Assembly: GCF_009914755.1 (NCBI RefSeq)
Contig: NC_060932.1
Direction: 5' to 3' (one strand)
Source of the DNA: the human T2T-CHM13v2.0 reference genome, Homo sapiens
DNA length: 64,000 nt
The translations under genes and the position numbers were made by a program. Under the pieces are notes generated by a model. The model was not told the DNA's origin. It saw only the letters and a list, made by a program, of their open reading frames with translations, and searched no databases. Of this stretch, positions 13,425 through 27,985 are shown piece after piece (the first letter of the stretch is position 1; each line of letters begins with the position of its first letter).

Positions 13425-13960
13425 TTTCTCTCCAAAATATTTTTCTAATCCATCCTCTTCTCTACTTCCCCACTGTTATTCTAGTCTGAGAATCAACTCT
13501 TTGTGTCCATTAAAAGCTTCAGTGCTTCCACTCTTGATATCTATCAAATTCCCATAGGCTACATCATGACATTTGCACAATTTAAATTATGTAACACTGA
13601 TCCCTACTTAAAAGCCTTTAATTCCTTTTCATTGCACACAGAATAAAATTTAAATTACTTTCCATGACCTTCAAGGCTTCTGCTCTTCTCATTGACCTGT
13701 CCCACCACTTATTTGTAACCACATGGTCTGGTCATTTTGATCTTCTCCTGCCTATCCCTTCTGTCTTATTTAGGATCAGTTATAAGATGGGGAAGAAAAG
13801 GGTATTTTTAATACCTAATGCCTCCTCATCTCTCACCAACACAACCATGTAAGCTCCAGGAGGATAGTGGTCTCACCTTTATTGTACACCACTGTGTTTT
13901 CAGAGCCTAATACAGGGCCTTTCACATAACTGGCACTCGATAAATGTTTACTGATTGCAT
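13425..13960 (+). mobile_element. L2 LINE 3' portion
   Basis: catgtaagctccaggaggatag...agagcctaatacagggcct...gcactcgataaatgtttactga. Confidence 0.75.
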
Positions 13961-14811
13961 AGACAATTATTTATTACAATTTTAATATGTTACTCTGCAA
14001 TGTAGCAGTTCTTAAATTCAGGATTGGAGATATTTGTTTATGTGTGTGTGTTTATGTGCATATATATATAAATACAACAATTTACAAATAGATACTTCAT
14101 ATATATGTGTGTTCATATATATATACACATATATTAAACCAAAAATTGCAGCATACCAGGGGCCACTGTCTTCGTTAAGACTTGCTTATTGTTCTCTCTT
14201 AGAATATCGCAAAGATACATTATCTCTTCCTAGCAATGCTTTTTTTCTGGTGTAAATAATCTCCAGGAGGCTTTAAAGATAAGATTTATGTTATATCAAT
14301 TATAATAGAATATAATCTGAAGCTCAGTGCTCTTAAATATCTTTCAGGAGCTTAGCAATACTGAGAAATATATTTCTGGAAATTTTCTTGAAAAATATTC
14401 AGCCCATTGTTAATCTAGTTATTCCATATTTTATACTTTGATTTAGTCAGGTCATTATCAAGACATTCACTGGGATCATACCAAATTGGTTTGATGCAGA
14501 ATTTATTTTTAACTGAGTTACATTTTGGTTTATCATTGCTGCCCTATGTCAATGGGCCTTAAAATAAAGAGTCTTAAGCAGGTCATTGTTGTATTTATGA
14601 AATGATGTTGTTGAGGATGAGACCCATTCCATTACGTACTGTCCTCTCTGTTAGGATCTCCACTATACAACTTTCTTCACTCTCAAATAGAGGAATACTT
14701 GTTATCAATGGATTTGTTTTGCTCTATGAGCTTTGGAGCATAGAAGATTTATTCATGGAGGTTTGTTTTTTAAACATGATTAATATTTATGAAGTGCTTA
14801 CCACAAGGTAG

Positions 14812-15102
14812 TGTTGTAGAAAAAAACGGGTTCTTGTTACGTGACAGACTCACAGACACTTTGAAGGGTGAGGAGGAATGGAATTTATTCAGCTAAAAGG
14901 AAAAAACTCAGCAAAGCAAAAGCGGTTCCTGTTAACAGGCCCCCATCTCACAGATTGAATCCCAGGTTACCACACAGGAACAGGAGAGGCCAGGCTTCTC
15001 CCCCATGCAAAGGGAGCAAACTTCCTGAGGCTCCACCCCATCCTCCCAGTGCATAGGCTATTGGGAGAACCTCTGGGGACTCCTTTTTACTTAGCTGTCT
15101 CA
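14812..15102 (-). mobile_element. MER61-family ERV1 solo LTR inserted in a MIR
   Basis: TG...CA ends; cagacactttgaagggtgaggaggaatggaatttatt; cagattgaatcccagg; near-TSD gtag/ctag. MIR sequence lies on both sides (14780-14811, 15103-15290). Confidence 0.8.
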
Positions 15103-16113
15103 CTAGTATCCTATAAAATATTTTATATGGATTATTCCATTTAATTCTCAGAATCCTATGATATGCATATTGTTATTAATCCTATTTTACAAATGAAGAA
15201 ACTAAGAACAGAAAGAATAAATAATCATCCACAGTCATATAACTAGAAAACATTGCAACCAAATTGTGAACACAGCCAAATTCAGTAGATTGCCTTCCAC
15301 CTGCATCTAGCTTATTTTTCTAAACTTTTTTTCTTTTGTCTTATTTTTTATCTGTTTAAGCAATCTTAAATATTTTTTGGAAAATGTGAAGTATAATGAA
15401 ATAAAAAAGTGAGATACTAATCTGCCTTACCTGATGAGTATTATGTTCTATCACAAAGCTCAAATAAGTCTATAGGTAGGAATCGAAGGAGGAAGTATGA
15501 GAAAATACATCTTTGTTAATAAGCTATTTATCAACTATTATTCTTTTCTATGTTCATAATTTCAAACTTGACTGTGTTGTAAATTAACTTTCATTTCTCT
15601 TGGATTACTTTTTCAAACTGTACCCATAGGAAATCTAACTTGTTATGTTAGTAAAGATTAAACTATGCCTTATAGTCTTTCATATTTAGTCAATTATGAT
15701 GAATGTTTGGTTTTCTACAGACTTTATTGAAATTAACAGTAACAAGACGTTCTAAGACGTACTAGAGAGTTAATTATCTTTTCAATTTATATCTACAATT
15801 AAGGCTTGCATTGACATTTAGGACTTCTTGTTTCTTAGTTTGCAAGTCACAAATTTTAATTGTATGTATTATATATGTAATTCAGCCTCAGTTTTGGAAT
15901 ATAAAAGCATTGCATTAAATATATGCGTCATTATTAGTTCAAACTGCTCAAATTATGGCTAGAAAACTTTTCTGATTTATCGATAAGACACCTACTATAT
16001 AAAAATTTGAGAAGGTCTATATGTACATAAATCCCACTAAAATTCACACTACTAAAAATTCCAGCTACTGCATATTGAATATTCATCTTTAATAATAAAA
16101 AGTACACCCTTTT

Positions 16114-16427
<314 letters not shown>

Positions 16428-16519
16428 TTATGTTAATATCTGACTAGATCCACCACAACAGCACAATAAAAAATGAATCAAAGATATAGTAAATTTATCT
16501 TTATCTTAGGGCTCACTGC

Positions 16520-17516
16520 CAACCTTCTTCCTTTAAGCTGCTACTATATTTTTCATGGATTACCACAAAAGTTTTCTAACTTCTCTGTCTAAAATTTCAC
16601 TCTTTGCCAATTTCTAACCCATTCTTTGCTTAGCAATCAGAGCAGTCTTTTAAAATGGTTTATCTGGCGATGCCATTCTGCTTAAAACTCTCCAAGGGCT
16701 CTGCATAACTCTCAAGATTCTTGCTTAATTTCTTGTCAAGACTCAAATAAAGTGGCTTAGGATCTAGAGTCTTCTCCCAGTCTCATCTCTTATTTCTTTT
16801 TTTTTTTTTTTCTGCCATCCTAAGCTGCCCCAATTCTGAGAATGAGTCCTGTTGTCTTTTGCATCTAGGCCTTCACACTCTCTAGGTAGAGCAACTTTCC
16901 TCTTCATTTTTACCTACCTGACTCTTTATGTTTCAACCTAGGTATTTCCTCCACCCAGTCTAAGCTAGGTGCTCCTTCTTTGTTGTCCCATATCCCCTAT
17001 GAGTTTATCTCACCAGAGTGATTGCTTATTTACCCATCTGCTGTTTTTCATGGGAGACTGAGGTCCACTGTGGAGTCCTGATAAGATAGGTAAGCAACAA
17101 CAAGGAAGGGGTCCCAGGTAAGGGAAAACAAATGCTCTGAGAAATGGCTAATTGCAAGCAACCTACTGGCACAACATCCTGTTCCCAAACACCTCTTTCT
17201 GCACGTAGCCTCTTTAGCACAGGCCTACAAAACTTCCCTCCAGCCCCTGCCTCTTTGCAGACAACCCCTTCTCTGCTGTGCTGCCTGTTGTTTCCCTTCA
17301 ACATACTTTCCCTGTAATAAATCTTCCTTTCTTCACCTACGAATGTCTTGGTAAAATCCTTTACCACCCACGACGACACTGGCCCCAGCCAGTCGCACCT
17401 GCAACACCCACTTTAAAGGGAATGAGTGTTTTTAGTTCTTATTCTTTGCCTTTACTCTGGAGACAAGCACTTAATAGACACTCAATAGGCCCCTAGTATT
17501 TTTTTCAACAAATAAA
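16520..17516 (+). mobile_element. L2 LINE 3' portion interrupted by an LTR
   Basis: gcaatcagagcagtcttttaaaat...ctgcttaaaactctccaagggct; the terminal part resumes after 17406. Confidence 0.65.
17069..17406 (+). mobile_element. MER83/MER84-like ERV1 solo LTR
   Basis: TGTGGAGTCCTGATAAG...GCAACA ends; AATAAA at 17316; near-TSD tccac/cccac. Confidence 0.75.
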
Positions 17517-17650
17517 GGGATTTTCCGATATTATAAATAGTATTTTAATACCTCCTTAATTTTTTTCTCTAAATATATCAGATTATTGATATAGCTGCCA
17601 CTTGCACTGTCTCAACTTGAGTTCAAATCCTAATTCTTCTACTTAACAGT

Positions 17651-18150
17651 TGTTAGGAATAACGCTCAAAATCCTAAGGAAATTGAACATTCGTTCAAAG
17701 GATTCTTAAAAAAGCAATTTTACTTCTGCGCAGAGGGGTGCCTCCTTGGCCAGTCGCCATGAGAGCACACCTGAACAAAGGGACATGAGAGCCTTTATTC
17801 CTGATGCAAGTCCTGCCCCTGTACCCTTTCCTCGTTGGCTGGGGTCCGGTCGTACAATCTAAAGTAATCCCGGCTGGCTAAACATTTGATTTTTTTTTTT
17901 TTTTTTTGGATAAGGTGGGCATGTAAAAGAAAGTGGAGAGGAAGGGGAAGGGATGTCTGTAATGAGCTAGAAAGTTAGTCCTCTTTCCAAATAGGGAAAG
18001 GAAGGTGAGCTGGTACTGATAACGCCTGGTACTGTGGTGTGCCTGGGCATCTAACAAAGAAAAAAAGGAGAAAAAGGAGAAAGTGGGGCATGAATTAAAG
18101 GATAAAAGATTGATCAGATTATTCGAAGAGAAACCTCATCATATCCCACA
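17651..18150 (-). mobile_element. LTR10-family (HERV-I) solo LTR
   Basis: Reverse complement starts TGTGGGATATGATGAGGTTTCTCTTC and ends TTATTCCTAACA; exact TSD CAGT. Confidence 0.85.
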
Positions 18151-18227
18151 CAGTTCTGTATCTCTGGGCAAATCAACCAGTCTTAGTATTCTCATTTTAA
18201 ATTCTAGAAAATAATGGTGCTTCCATA

Positions 18228-18643
18228 TGTTAAAATAAAGTTTAGCTAAAGCTCCCGTCTTACATATTTTAGCTGGATGATGCTATGTCACATAAATCTT
18301 TAGTCCAAAATTTTGGCCTAACGATTTCTCCATACATAGTAAACTGTAACCTAAATGGACGTGTAAAGAGCCTGTAGCTTACTCTTGTACCAATCACAGA
18401 GTTTCAGTTAATCACAGGTATCCACCTGTTCTAAGCATATTCAATGATGTCAAATGCTGAACTGTAACCATCCTAGATGTTACTTTACCTAACTTCACTC
18501 TCCTTTTTCTGCCCTTTCATGTTACCTGATCATGCAGTAGCCCCAGAGTCATTCTGAACCTATTCTTCTTCTGGGGACTGCCTGATTTGAGAATTGTTCT
18601 TTACTCAATAAAACTCTGTTAAATTTGCCTTACGTTTTTAACA
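18228..18643 (+). mobile_element. MER57-family ERV1 solo LTR
   Basis: TGTTAAAATAAAGTTTAGCTAAAGCT...actgtaacctaa...ccaatcac...TTTAACA; exact TSD CATA. Confidence 0.88.
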
Positions 18644-18751
18644 CATAATAGGGTTGCAATGATTAGTGCTTGTGGTAAGACATAAAAACACTTAGCACAC
18701 TGCTTGGCAACTACTAAGCATTTTTCTTATTATTATATCAGTTTTATTGTA

Positions 18752-19010
18752 TGGCAAATAGTATAGCACAGGCTTTAAGAACTCTGACTTCGAGAACAGA
18801 TGCATGTAGGTTCAAATTCTGGGCTGGGCTTCTACTAGATATGTGACTTTACTCTTTGGAAGTTTTCTCTTTTGTAAAATGGGAATAAAAATAATGCCCA
18901 CATTGAGGGGTTGCTGTGAGGTTTAAAAAAAGGTAATACAAAGAAAAGCTTAGCACATTGCCTCACACACAATAGAGGCTTAATAAATGCTAGATACTGT
19001 TATTATTGTT
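18752..19010 (+). mobile_element. Near full-length MIR
   Basis: tRNA-derived head, core tgtaaaatggga, and 3' aataaatgctag. Confidence 0.85.
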
Positions 19011-19088
19011 AACAAATCGATGTCTCTCCTAAAATGGGGAATTCACTGAAGTCACAGATTTTTGTTTCATTCATCTTTGAATTCCTAG

Positions 19089-19639
19089 TGTAACCCAAAA
19101 TAAAATTCTAAGGCACCCCAACCGTCTGAATGGACTTCCCCCTCGACCAGGGCACTTTTAGAATTTAACCTGAGAGACTGGTTCAGGCCATGATAGGAAG
19201 TGGGGTTCAGACAAGCCTCATTATACTACTCCATTGTTAACATCAATACAGACCTTTAAGTCTGATAAGAAGCATTTACAATCTATTCTGTATGATGCCC
19301 TTACCTGAAGGCTTCATCTGCATGATTAAACTTTGCTCTCCACAACCTCTTATTGCAACCCAGACATTTCCTTTCTGTTGATCCCAGGTCTTTAGATAAA
19401 CCCAACCAATTGTCAACAAGAAAATTTAAATCTACCTATAACCTGAAAGCACACCACCCCTTCAAGTTGTCCTGACTTTCTGGACCAAACCAATGTATAA
19501 AACCAAGCTGCTCCCTAACCACCTTCGTTCCATGTTCTCAGGATCTCCTGAGGGTTGTGTCATGGGCTGTGGTCTCTCATATTTGGCTCAGAATAAATCT
19601 CTTCAAATATTTTACAAAGTTTGACTATTTTTGTCATCG
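19089..19639 (+). mobile_element. MER4-family ERV1 solo LTR inserted in an L2 3' end
   Basis: TGTAACCCAAAATAAAATTCTAAGG...tggctcagaataaatctcttcaaatattttaca; exact TSD CTAG. Confidence 0.9.
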
Positions 19640-20689
19640 CTAGCATCAGTATTTCACATTGGTACCTTGCATACAATAATGTGTCTACTTAAATAATAAA
19701 AATAGCCCCAAGAAGAGGAAAGCACTGAAGTGTCATTGTCCATGTACAGCTTTATGTGACATAGCATCATCCAGTTAAAGTTGGGGTACCCTAGAGATGG
19801 AAGCAAGATGTGGAAATATAATTTTGGAATGTAGAGACATTTCCAGTTAAAATAAACCTCTCTGATGACATTATCTTTAGAGAAACGAGTGTCAGGAGTT
19901 AAGAAAGAAATGCAGTGAGGTTAATTGAGAGAGCTTCAAGGGCAAATTTAATCTAATTCAAAATTTTAGCTATGATTAACCTTGGTGTGTAGTTTCAGTG
20001 CTAATCAAAGGAAACAGAAAAAAGGAATTGTCTAAGTAGGCTAGTTTTGCTGGTATTATTGTTTGATGACAGGAATTTCATAGAATAAGATAGTATGGCA
20101 AATGGGCCCAGTATGTTTTTCAGAGCTGAAGTCTATCTGATAGACTAGACGCCCCAGGGGAATATGCATTAATTAGTAAGCTATTAGTGACAATTGCTGC
20201 TAATTTGAGTCTTGTAATTGAAAGACTACAGAATGGTGTTGACAGCACTTTGGGGTAGGAGGAAATTTGAAACAGCTTTTCTATAGCTCATCTTTCTGTG
20301 ATAGGAGACACGGTTATTTCATTTGAATGCATTATCCTTGTGATGGAAACTTCCTGTCTTCCTTTAAAAATGACAATCATGTATGGTCAAGAAATTAGTG
20401 AGAGATCTCTTCATAATTCAGTTTTGAATTTCCCATACATTTGTATATAAGAATACAAAATATACTTTTTTAATGCAGTCAGGTAAAAACTGAAGTTTTT
20501 TTGTGAGTTGAATCACATAATTACAAAAAAAGAAAATGCGCTTCTTTTTTTTTTTGGTGAGCTGACAGAGGACAAAACACAATAACTCAACAACGATACA
20601 TGATTTTAAAAATCATACCTATAGATGTCATTCTTGCCACATAATGAAACAGAAGGTGAGTTCCAGTTCACAAAAGATAGTCTGAGGAG

Positions 20690-21335
20690 CTCCATGGATG
20701 ACTTCTAGGGAAGCATCTAGAACAAGTGAAAATTATTTTAAAAATCAAGAATTTAATGTCTATGGAAATTGTCTTAAGTTCATAAAACAAATGGAGAAAT
20801 ATTTATTGAAAAAAATCTAAATCTTTGTAACAACACTGTTGAATCTGTGGCATTTGAACCACAACGCCCTTCCTCTCTGTCCCTTTCCAGTCCAGTGTGA
20901 TGGAGGCTTTACTCTGGCAGGTATGGCCAACAAGATAGGGGCCCTCTGTACTCTTAGGTTCCAGTCAAGGGCTATGGTATCTCCCCATGAAAGGCAGGGC
21001 ACCAGCATTTCTCATTACCCACAGCTCTGTGTTACAGAGGCCAAATTCCAGGTGACAGCATAGTCAAGAGTTCAGGATTTCCCTTCCTTCACTCCATCCC
21101 CACTTATAGAAGGGAAGCTTCACCTTAGTTGCCCCTGCAAAGCAGATTGAGAACACTGGAACCCCAAACACTCTTGCCACAGCTCACTTGTAGGTAGAGG
21201 TTTCATGCTGGGAGATACAATCCTAGAAGAACAAGGCTACTACCCCTGGATCATGCCCTGCTCATAAAGCAAGGATGTTGCTCTGAGAGAAGCAGGCTCT
21301 TTGCAGCAGTGGTTCAGAGAGGCAGTCCATAAGAA
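20690..21335 (+). mobile_element. Old L1M 5'UTR-like fragment; resumes after 23561
   Basis: atttattgaaaaaaatct...tctgtggcatttgaaccac...cagtggttcagaga resembles recalled L1MC/MD 5' regions. Confidence 0.5.
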
Positions 21336-21541
21336 TGTTATCTTTAGAGAAGATAGAAGAGATCCGAGGTACCCCGAGTTACTGGCAGGTCTGAAGCAAC
21401 TTCACTCCTTGCCTCTTCGGAAGAAAAATTCACCTGAGGGGCATAAAGCAGAAAAAGAGACTAAGGCAAATTTCAGAGCAGGAGTGAAAGTTTATTTTAA
21501 ATGGATATATATATATATATATACATTTTTTATATTTTAAA

Positions 21542-21844
<303 letters not shown>

Positions 21845-21854
21845 TATATTTTTA

Positions 21855-23021
<1,167 letters not shown>

Positions 23022-23719
23022 TTAGAATAGGAAAGAAAGGAAGGTATGCTTGGAAGAGACCCAAGCAGGCACATGAAGATTAAAAAGAAAAAATATTAAA
23101 AAGATTAAAAAGAAAAAAAAAAGGGTGTTCAACCTTGATCCTAAGGCATTATAGGCTCATTTATTTCCCATGATTCTTCCCTTAGGGTGGGCTTCCTGCA
23201 TGTACAGTGCTCTCTTTACCCTTGAGAACTGAGCTCATGCAGTGTGTTTAGGACGTGCCTGTCTGAGGCTTTCTTCCTTTTTCTGGTGGAATGCACCCAG
23301 AAGGTCATACTTCACCATTTTATCTCTTAGTGCTCATGCCCAGGAAGTTTTTTCTCCCTGGTATCTGCATTCAGTTAAGGCTTTCATGTTAGTAGCTGTG
23401 GATCATCAGGAAATGGCCTCTCTCTGGCACCCTGGGTGGGCTGCCAAATTATCATTTTTAGAGAGGCAGTGTGATAATTGTCAAACAGTAACCTGACATT
23501 CCTAATGGGTTGGGGGAGAGCCCTCTCCTGCCCAGCTCATGCTTATCTACTACCTGTAACAAGAACAGGGAGCTCCAAAGCTCACACAGAGTGTGAGAAA
23601 ATTCAAACATAAAAGTACCTTAAAAAATAGTTGTGGGAATTGAGATGAGGCTGATAGATCCAAGAGAGCAAAAACCTAAACCTAAGGCTCGCTAGTTGAC
23701 CAAGGAGAACCAAAGAAAG

Positions 23720-24335
23720 AGAAATTGGACCCCTCATTTGTGCTGGTGGGAATGCATAATGGCAAAGGTGCTTTGGCAAACAGACTAGCAGTTCCTAAAA
23801 AGATTAACAGAGTTACCCTGTGACTCAGCAAGTCACTGTTGTTACAGATGAAAAGAAAGAAAAACATGCCCACACAAACATTTTCATGTGTATGTTCATA
23901 GACATAAACAAAAATCAGTTAATCAACTGATAAATGGTTAAAGTAAATGCAACATATCAATACAAGAAAATATTATTCAATAACAATAAGGAATTAAATA
24001 TTAACATGAATGAGCCTTGAAAACATGCTAAGTGTAAAAGTAGTCACAGAAGACCCTGTATTGCATGACTCCATTTGCATGAAATATCTACAATGGGGAA
24101 ATTTATAAAGACAGAAAGTAGATTCTTGCTTGCATAAGGAGGAGAAATAGTGGGGAAAATAGGGGGCAGTTGATTTCCAGAGAGAATGGGGCTTCTTTCT
24201 GGGAGTGATGAGTGTGTTCTAAAATAGACTATAGTGATAGTTGTACAACTCTAAAACCCACTGAAGTGTATACTTTAAATGAATGAATTGTAAGTAATAG
24301 AATTGTATCTCGAAAAAATGTTATGAAAAAGAAGT
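23720..24335 (+). mobile_element. L1MB/ME-type 3' end
   Basis: gctggtgggaatg...atgaatgagccttgaaaacatgctaagtg...tatactttaaatgaatgaattg. Confidence 0.8.
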
Positions 24336-27300
24336 GGAAACATATTCTTAAAGACAAAATGAGTTAAAATGGATTTTTTTTTCTTACCTGGTCAATAATT
24401 AATTGAGAGACCTTGTTTTTTCTGTAAAATCACACTGCTGAGGTCAATTTGTTTTTGTTTTTGTGGTTAGGGTAACTCTACAAGTTGGTACAGAGTGTGT
24501 GTATGTTTCTATTACCATAGGTTTGTTTGCATTTTCTAGATTTTTATATACATGGAATCATACAGTATGCATTTTTTGGTTTGTTTGGCTTCATTCTATA
24601 AGCATACTGTTTTGAGATTTGTCTATTTTGGAGAGTGTATTCACAGTTCATTTCAGTTTACTGAATAGTATGCCATTTTATGGATATACGATTTTTTATC
24701 CACTCAAATTTTTTTTAAAAAAAGGTTTATTTCTTACTGCTGTAATAGCATAAGCATGAACATCCTGCAGTTGAAATTGCAACCTTGTGGTGTGGAATAC
24801 CCATGTGCTTACAATAGTGTTGCTTGGCCATATCCACTCACTTTCTGATGAACATTTAGATTTTTCTGATTTTTAGCTAATATAAATAAAGCAGCTTATG
24901 AGCAGTAGCATACAAGTCTTTATGTAGCTATATGTTTAATTTCTCTTGTTTCCAGAAGACATTCTACGTAGATAATGTTACTTATAAATAAAGAATGTTT
25001 TACTTTTCTGAAATGGATGTCTTTTCCTTTTTCTTGACATACTGCACTGGCTAGAACCTCTTGCAAAATACTCAGGAGAAACTAAGAGTGCAGACATCCT
25101 TAAATTTTTCTTGATCTTGGGGAGAAAGCATTCAGTATTTTACCAATAAGTGTGTGATAATTGTAAACTTTTAGTTTTTTAATTTATGTTTTTATTTTTA
25201 ATTGATACATCATAATATTTATGGGATATGCATGATATTTTGATACATGTATACAATGTGTAATGATCAAATAAGGATATTTAAGATATCTATCACCTCA
25301 AACATTTATTGGTTTTTCTTGTGTTGGAAACATTTCAGGTCTTCTCTTCTAGCAATTTTGAAATATACAATATATTATTTTAAAATATAGTGTACTATTG
25401 AACAGGAAAACTCATTTCTTCTATCTAACTGTAATTTTATACCTATTAACCAACCTCACTTCATTCCCACTCTGATAATTATTATTCCACACTCTACCTC
25501 CATGAGATCAATTATTTTAGCTCTGATATATGAGTTAAAACATGTGCTATTTGTCTTTCTGTGCCTAGCTTATATTCTTTAACATAGTGATGTCTAAGTC
25601 CATCCATGTTGTTACAAATAACAGGATTTCATTAAAGTTTATGGCTGAATAGTATTCAAATGTGTCTACATACAACATTTTATTTATCGATTCATTGATG
25701 GACACTTAGGCTAATTCTATATCTTGGCTATTGTGAATAGTGTTGCAATGAACATGGGGGTGTAGGTATCCCTTTGATATACTGATTTCCTTTCTTTTGG
25801 ACAAATATGCAGTAGTGGGATTGCTGCATTGTATGGTAATTCAATTTTTAGTTTTTTGAGATGATGCCATACTGTTTTCCAAATGGCCTTATTAATTTAC
25901 AGAGTATAAGAGTTCTCTTTTCTCCACATCCTCACCAGTATTGGTTATTTTTTGTCTTTTTGAGAATAGCCAGGTAATGTGATGCTTCTCCCTTCATTCT
26001 ATTTGTTCAGTACTGTTTTGGCTATTTGGGGTCTTCTGTTGTTCCATACAAAATTTATAATTGTATTTTCTATTTTTGTGAAGAATGTCTTTGGTACTTC
26101 AACAGGAATTGCATTGCTTGTATAGATTGCTCTGTCTAGTATGGCTACTTTAGCAATATTAATTGTTCCAATCCATGAGCATGGCATGTTCTTTATATTT
26201 GTTTGCTTCTCTTCAATTTCTTTCATCAGTGTTTTGTAGTTTTCCTTGTAGAGGTCTTTTATCTCCTTGATTAAATTTATTTATAGGACTTTTTTATTGT
26301 AGCTACTATAAATTGGATTGCTTTCTTGATTTATTTTTTAGCTAGTTTGTTATTGGTGTATCAAAACACTACTGATTTTTGGATGTTGATTTTTTATCTT
26401 TCAACTTTACTGAATTTGTTCATCAGTTCTAAGAGTTTCTTGGTTGAGATTTTAGGGTTTTCTATATAAAAGATAATGTCCTCTGTGAAGAGGAACAACT
26501 TTAATTTCTCTCTTCCAAAGTGAATGCTTTTCGTTCTTTTGCCTGATTGCTCTGGCGAGGACTGCCAGTACTATATTGAGTAAGTATGGTGAAAATGGGC
26601 ATCTTGTATAGTTTCAGTTAGTAGAAGAAAGGCTTTCAGCATTTCCCAGTTCAGTATGATGTTAGCTGCAGTTTTGTCTATATGGCCTTTATTATTTTGA
26701 GGTATGCATTTTCTATGCCTAATTAGTTGAGAGTTTTTTTTATCATGAAATGATATTGAACTTTATTAAATGCTTTTTCTACATCTATTGAAATGATCAT
26801 ATGGTTTTTGTACTTCATTATGTTGATATGATGTATCACATTTATTGATTTACATATGTTGAATCATCCTTGCATTCCTTGGGTAAATCTCACTTGATCA
26901 TGATGTATTATCTTTATGATGCTGTGTTGTCTTCAATCTTCTAGTATTTTGTTGAGCAATTTTTTGTCTATGCTTTTAAAATTTTTTATGGATACATAGT
27001 ATGTGTATCTATTTATGAGGTATGCGATATACTTTGATACAGGCATGCAATAAGTAATAATCACACAATGGGAAATGGGGTGTCCCATCCCCTCAAGCAT
27101 TTATCCTTTGTGTTACAAACAATCCAGTTATATTCTTTTAGTTATTTTAAAATGTAAGATTAAATTAGTATTGTATGTAGTCACCCTGTTGTGCTATCAA
27201 ATAGTAGGTCTTATTCATATTTTCTAACTATATCTGTGTATTTTTGTGCCCAGTGACCATTTTCACTTCCCCCTCACCATACCACTCATCTTCCCAGCTG

Positions 27301-27985
27301 CTGGTAACCATCCTTCCACTCTCTATCTCCACGAGTTCAATTGTTTTGATTGTTAACACCCACAAATAAGAGAACATGTGAAGTTTGTCTTTCTGTGCCT
27401 GACTTATTTCACCTAACATAATGACCACCAGTTCCATCCATGTTGTTGCAAATGATAGGAACTTATTCCTTTTTATGGCTGCATAGTCCTCCATTATGTA
27501 TATGTACCACACTTTCTTTATCCAATCATCTGTTGACAAAATTTAGGTTGCTTCCAAATCTTGGCTATTGTGAACAGTGCTGCAACAAACATGGGAGTGC
27601 AGATATCTCTGATATACTGATTTTCTTACTTTTGGGTATATACCCAGCAGTAGAATTTCTAGGTCTTATGGTAGCTCAAATTTTAGTTTTTTGAGGAACC
27701 TTCAAACTGTTCTCCACAGTGGTTGCACTAATTTACATTCCCACCAACAGTATATAACGGTTCTCTTTTTTCCACATCTTTGCCCAGCATTTATTATCTG
27801 AGAGATTTCATCATGAAGTGATTTGAAATTTATATTAAATGCTTTTTCTGCATCTGTTGAGATGATATGGTTTTTGTCCATCAATATGTTGATATCATAT
27901 ATCACATTTATTGATTTACATATGTTGAATCATCCTTGCATTCCATTTTAACTGGCATCTTTGTCAAAAATGAGTTTATTGTAGG

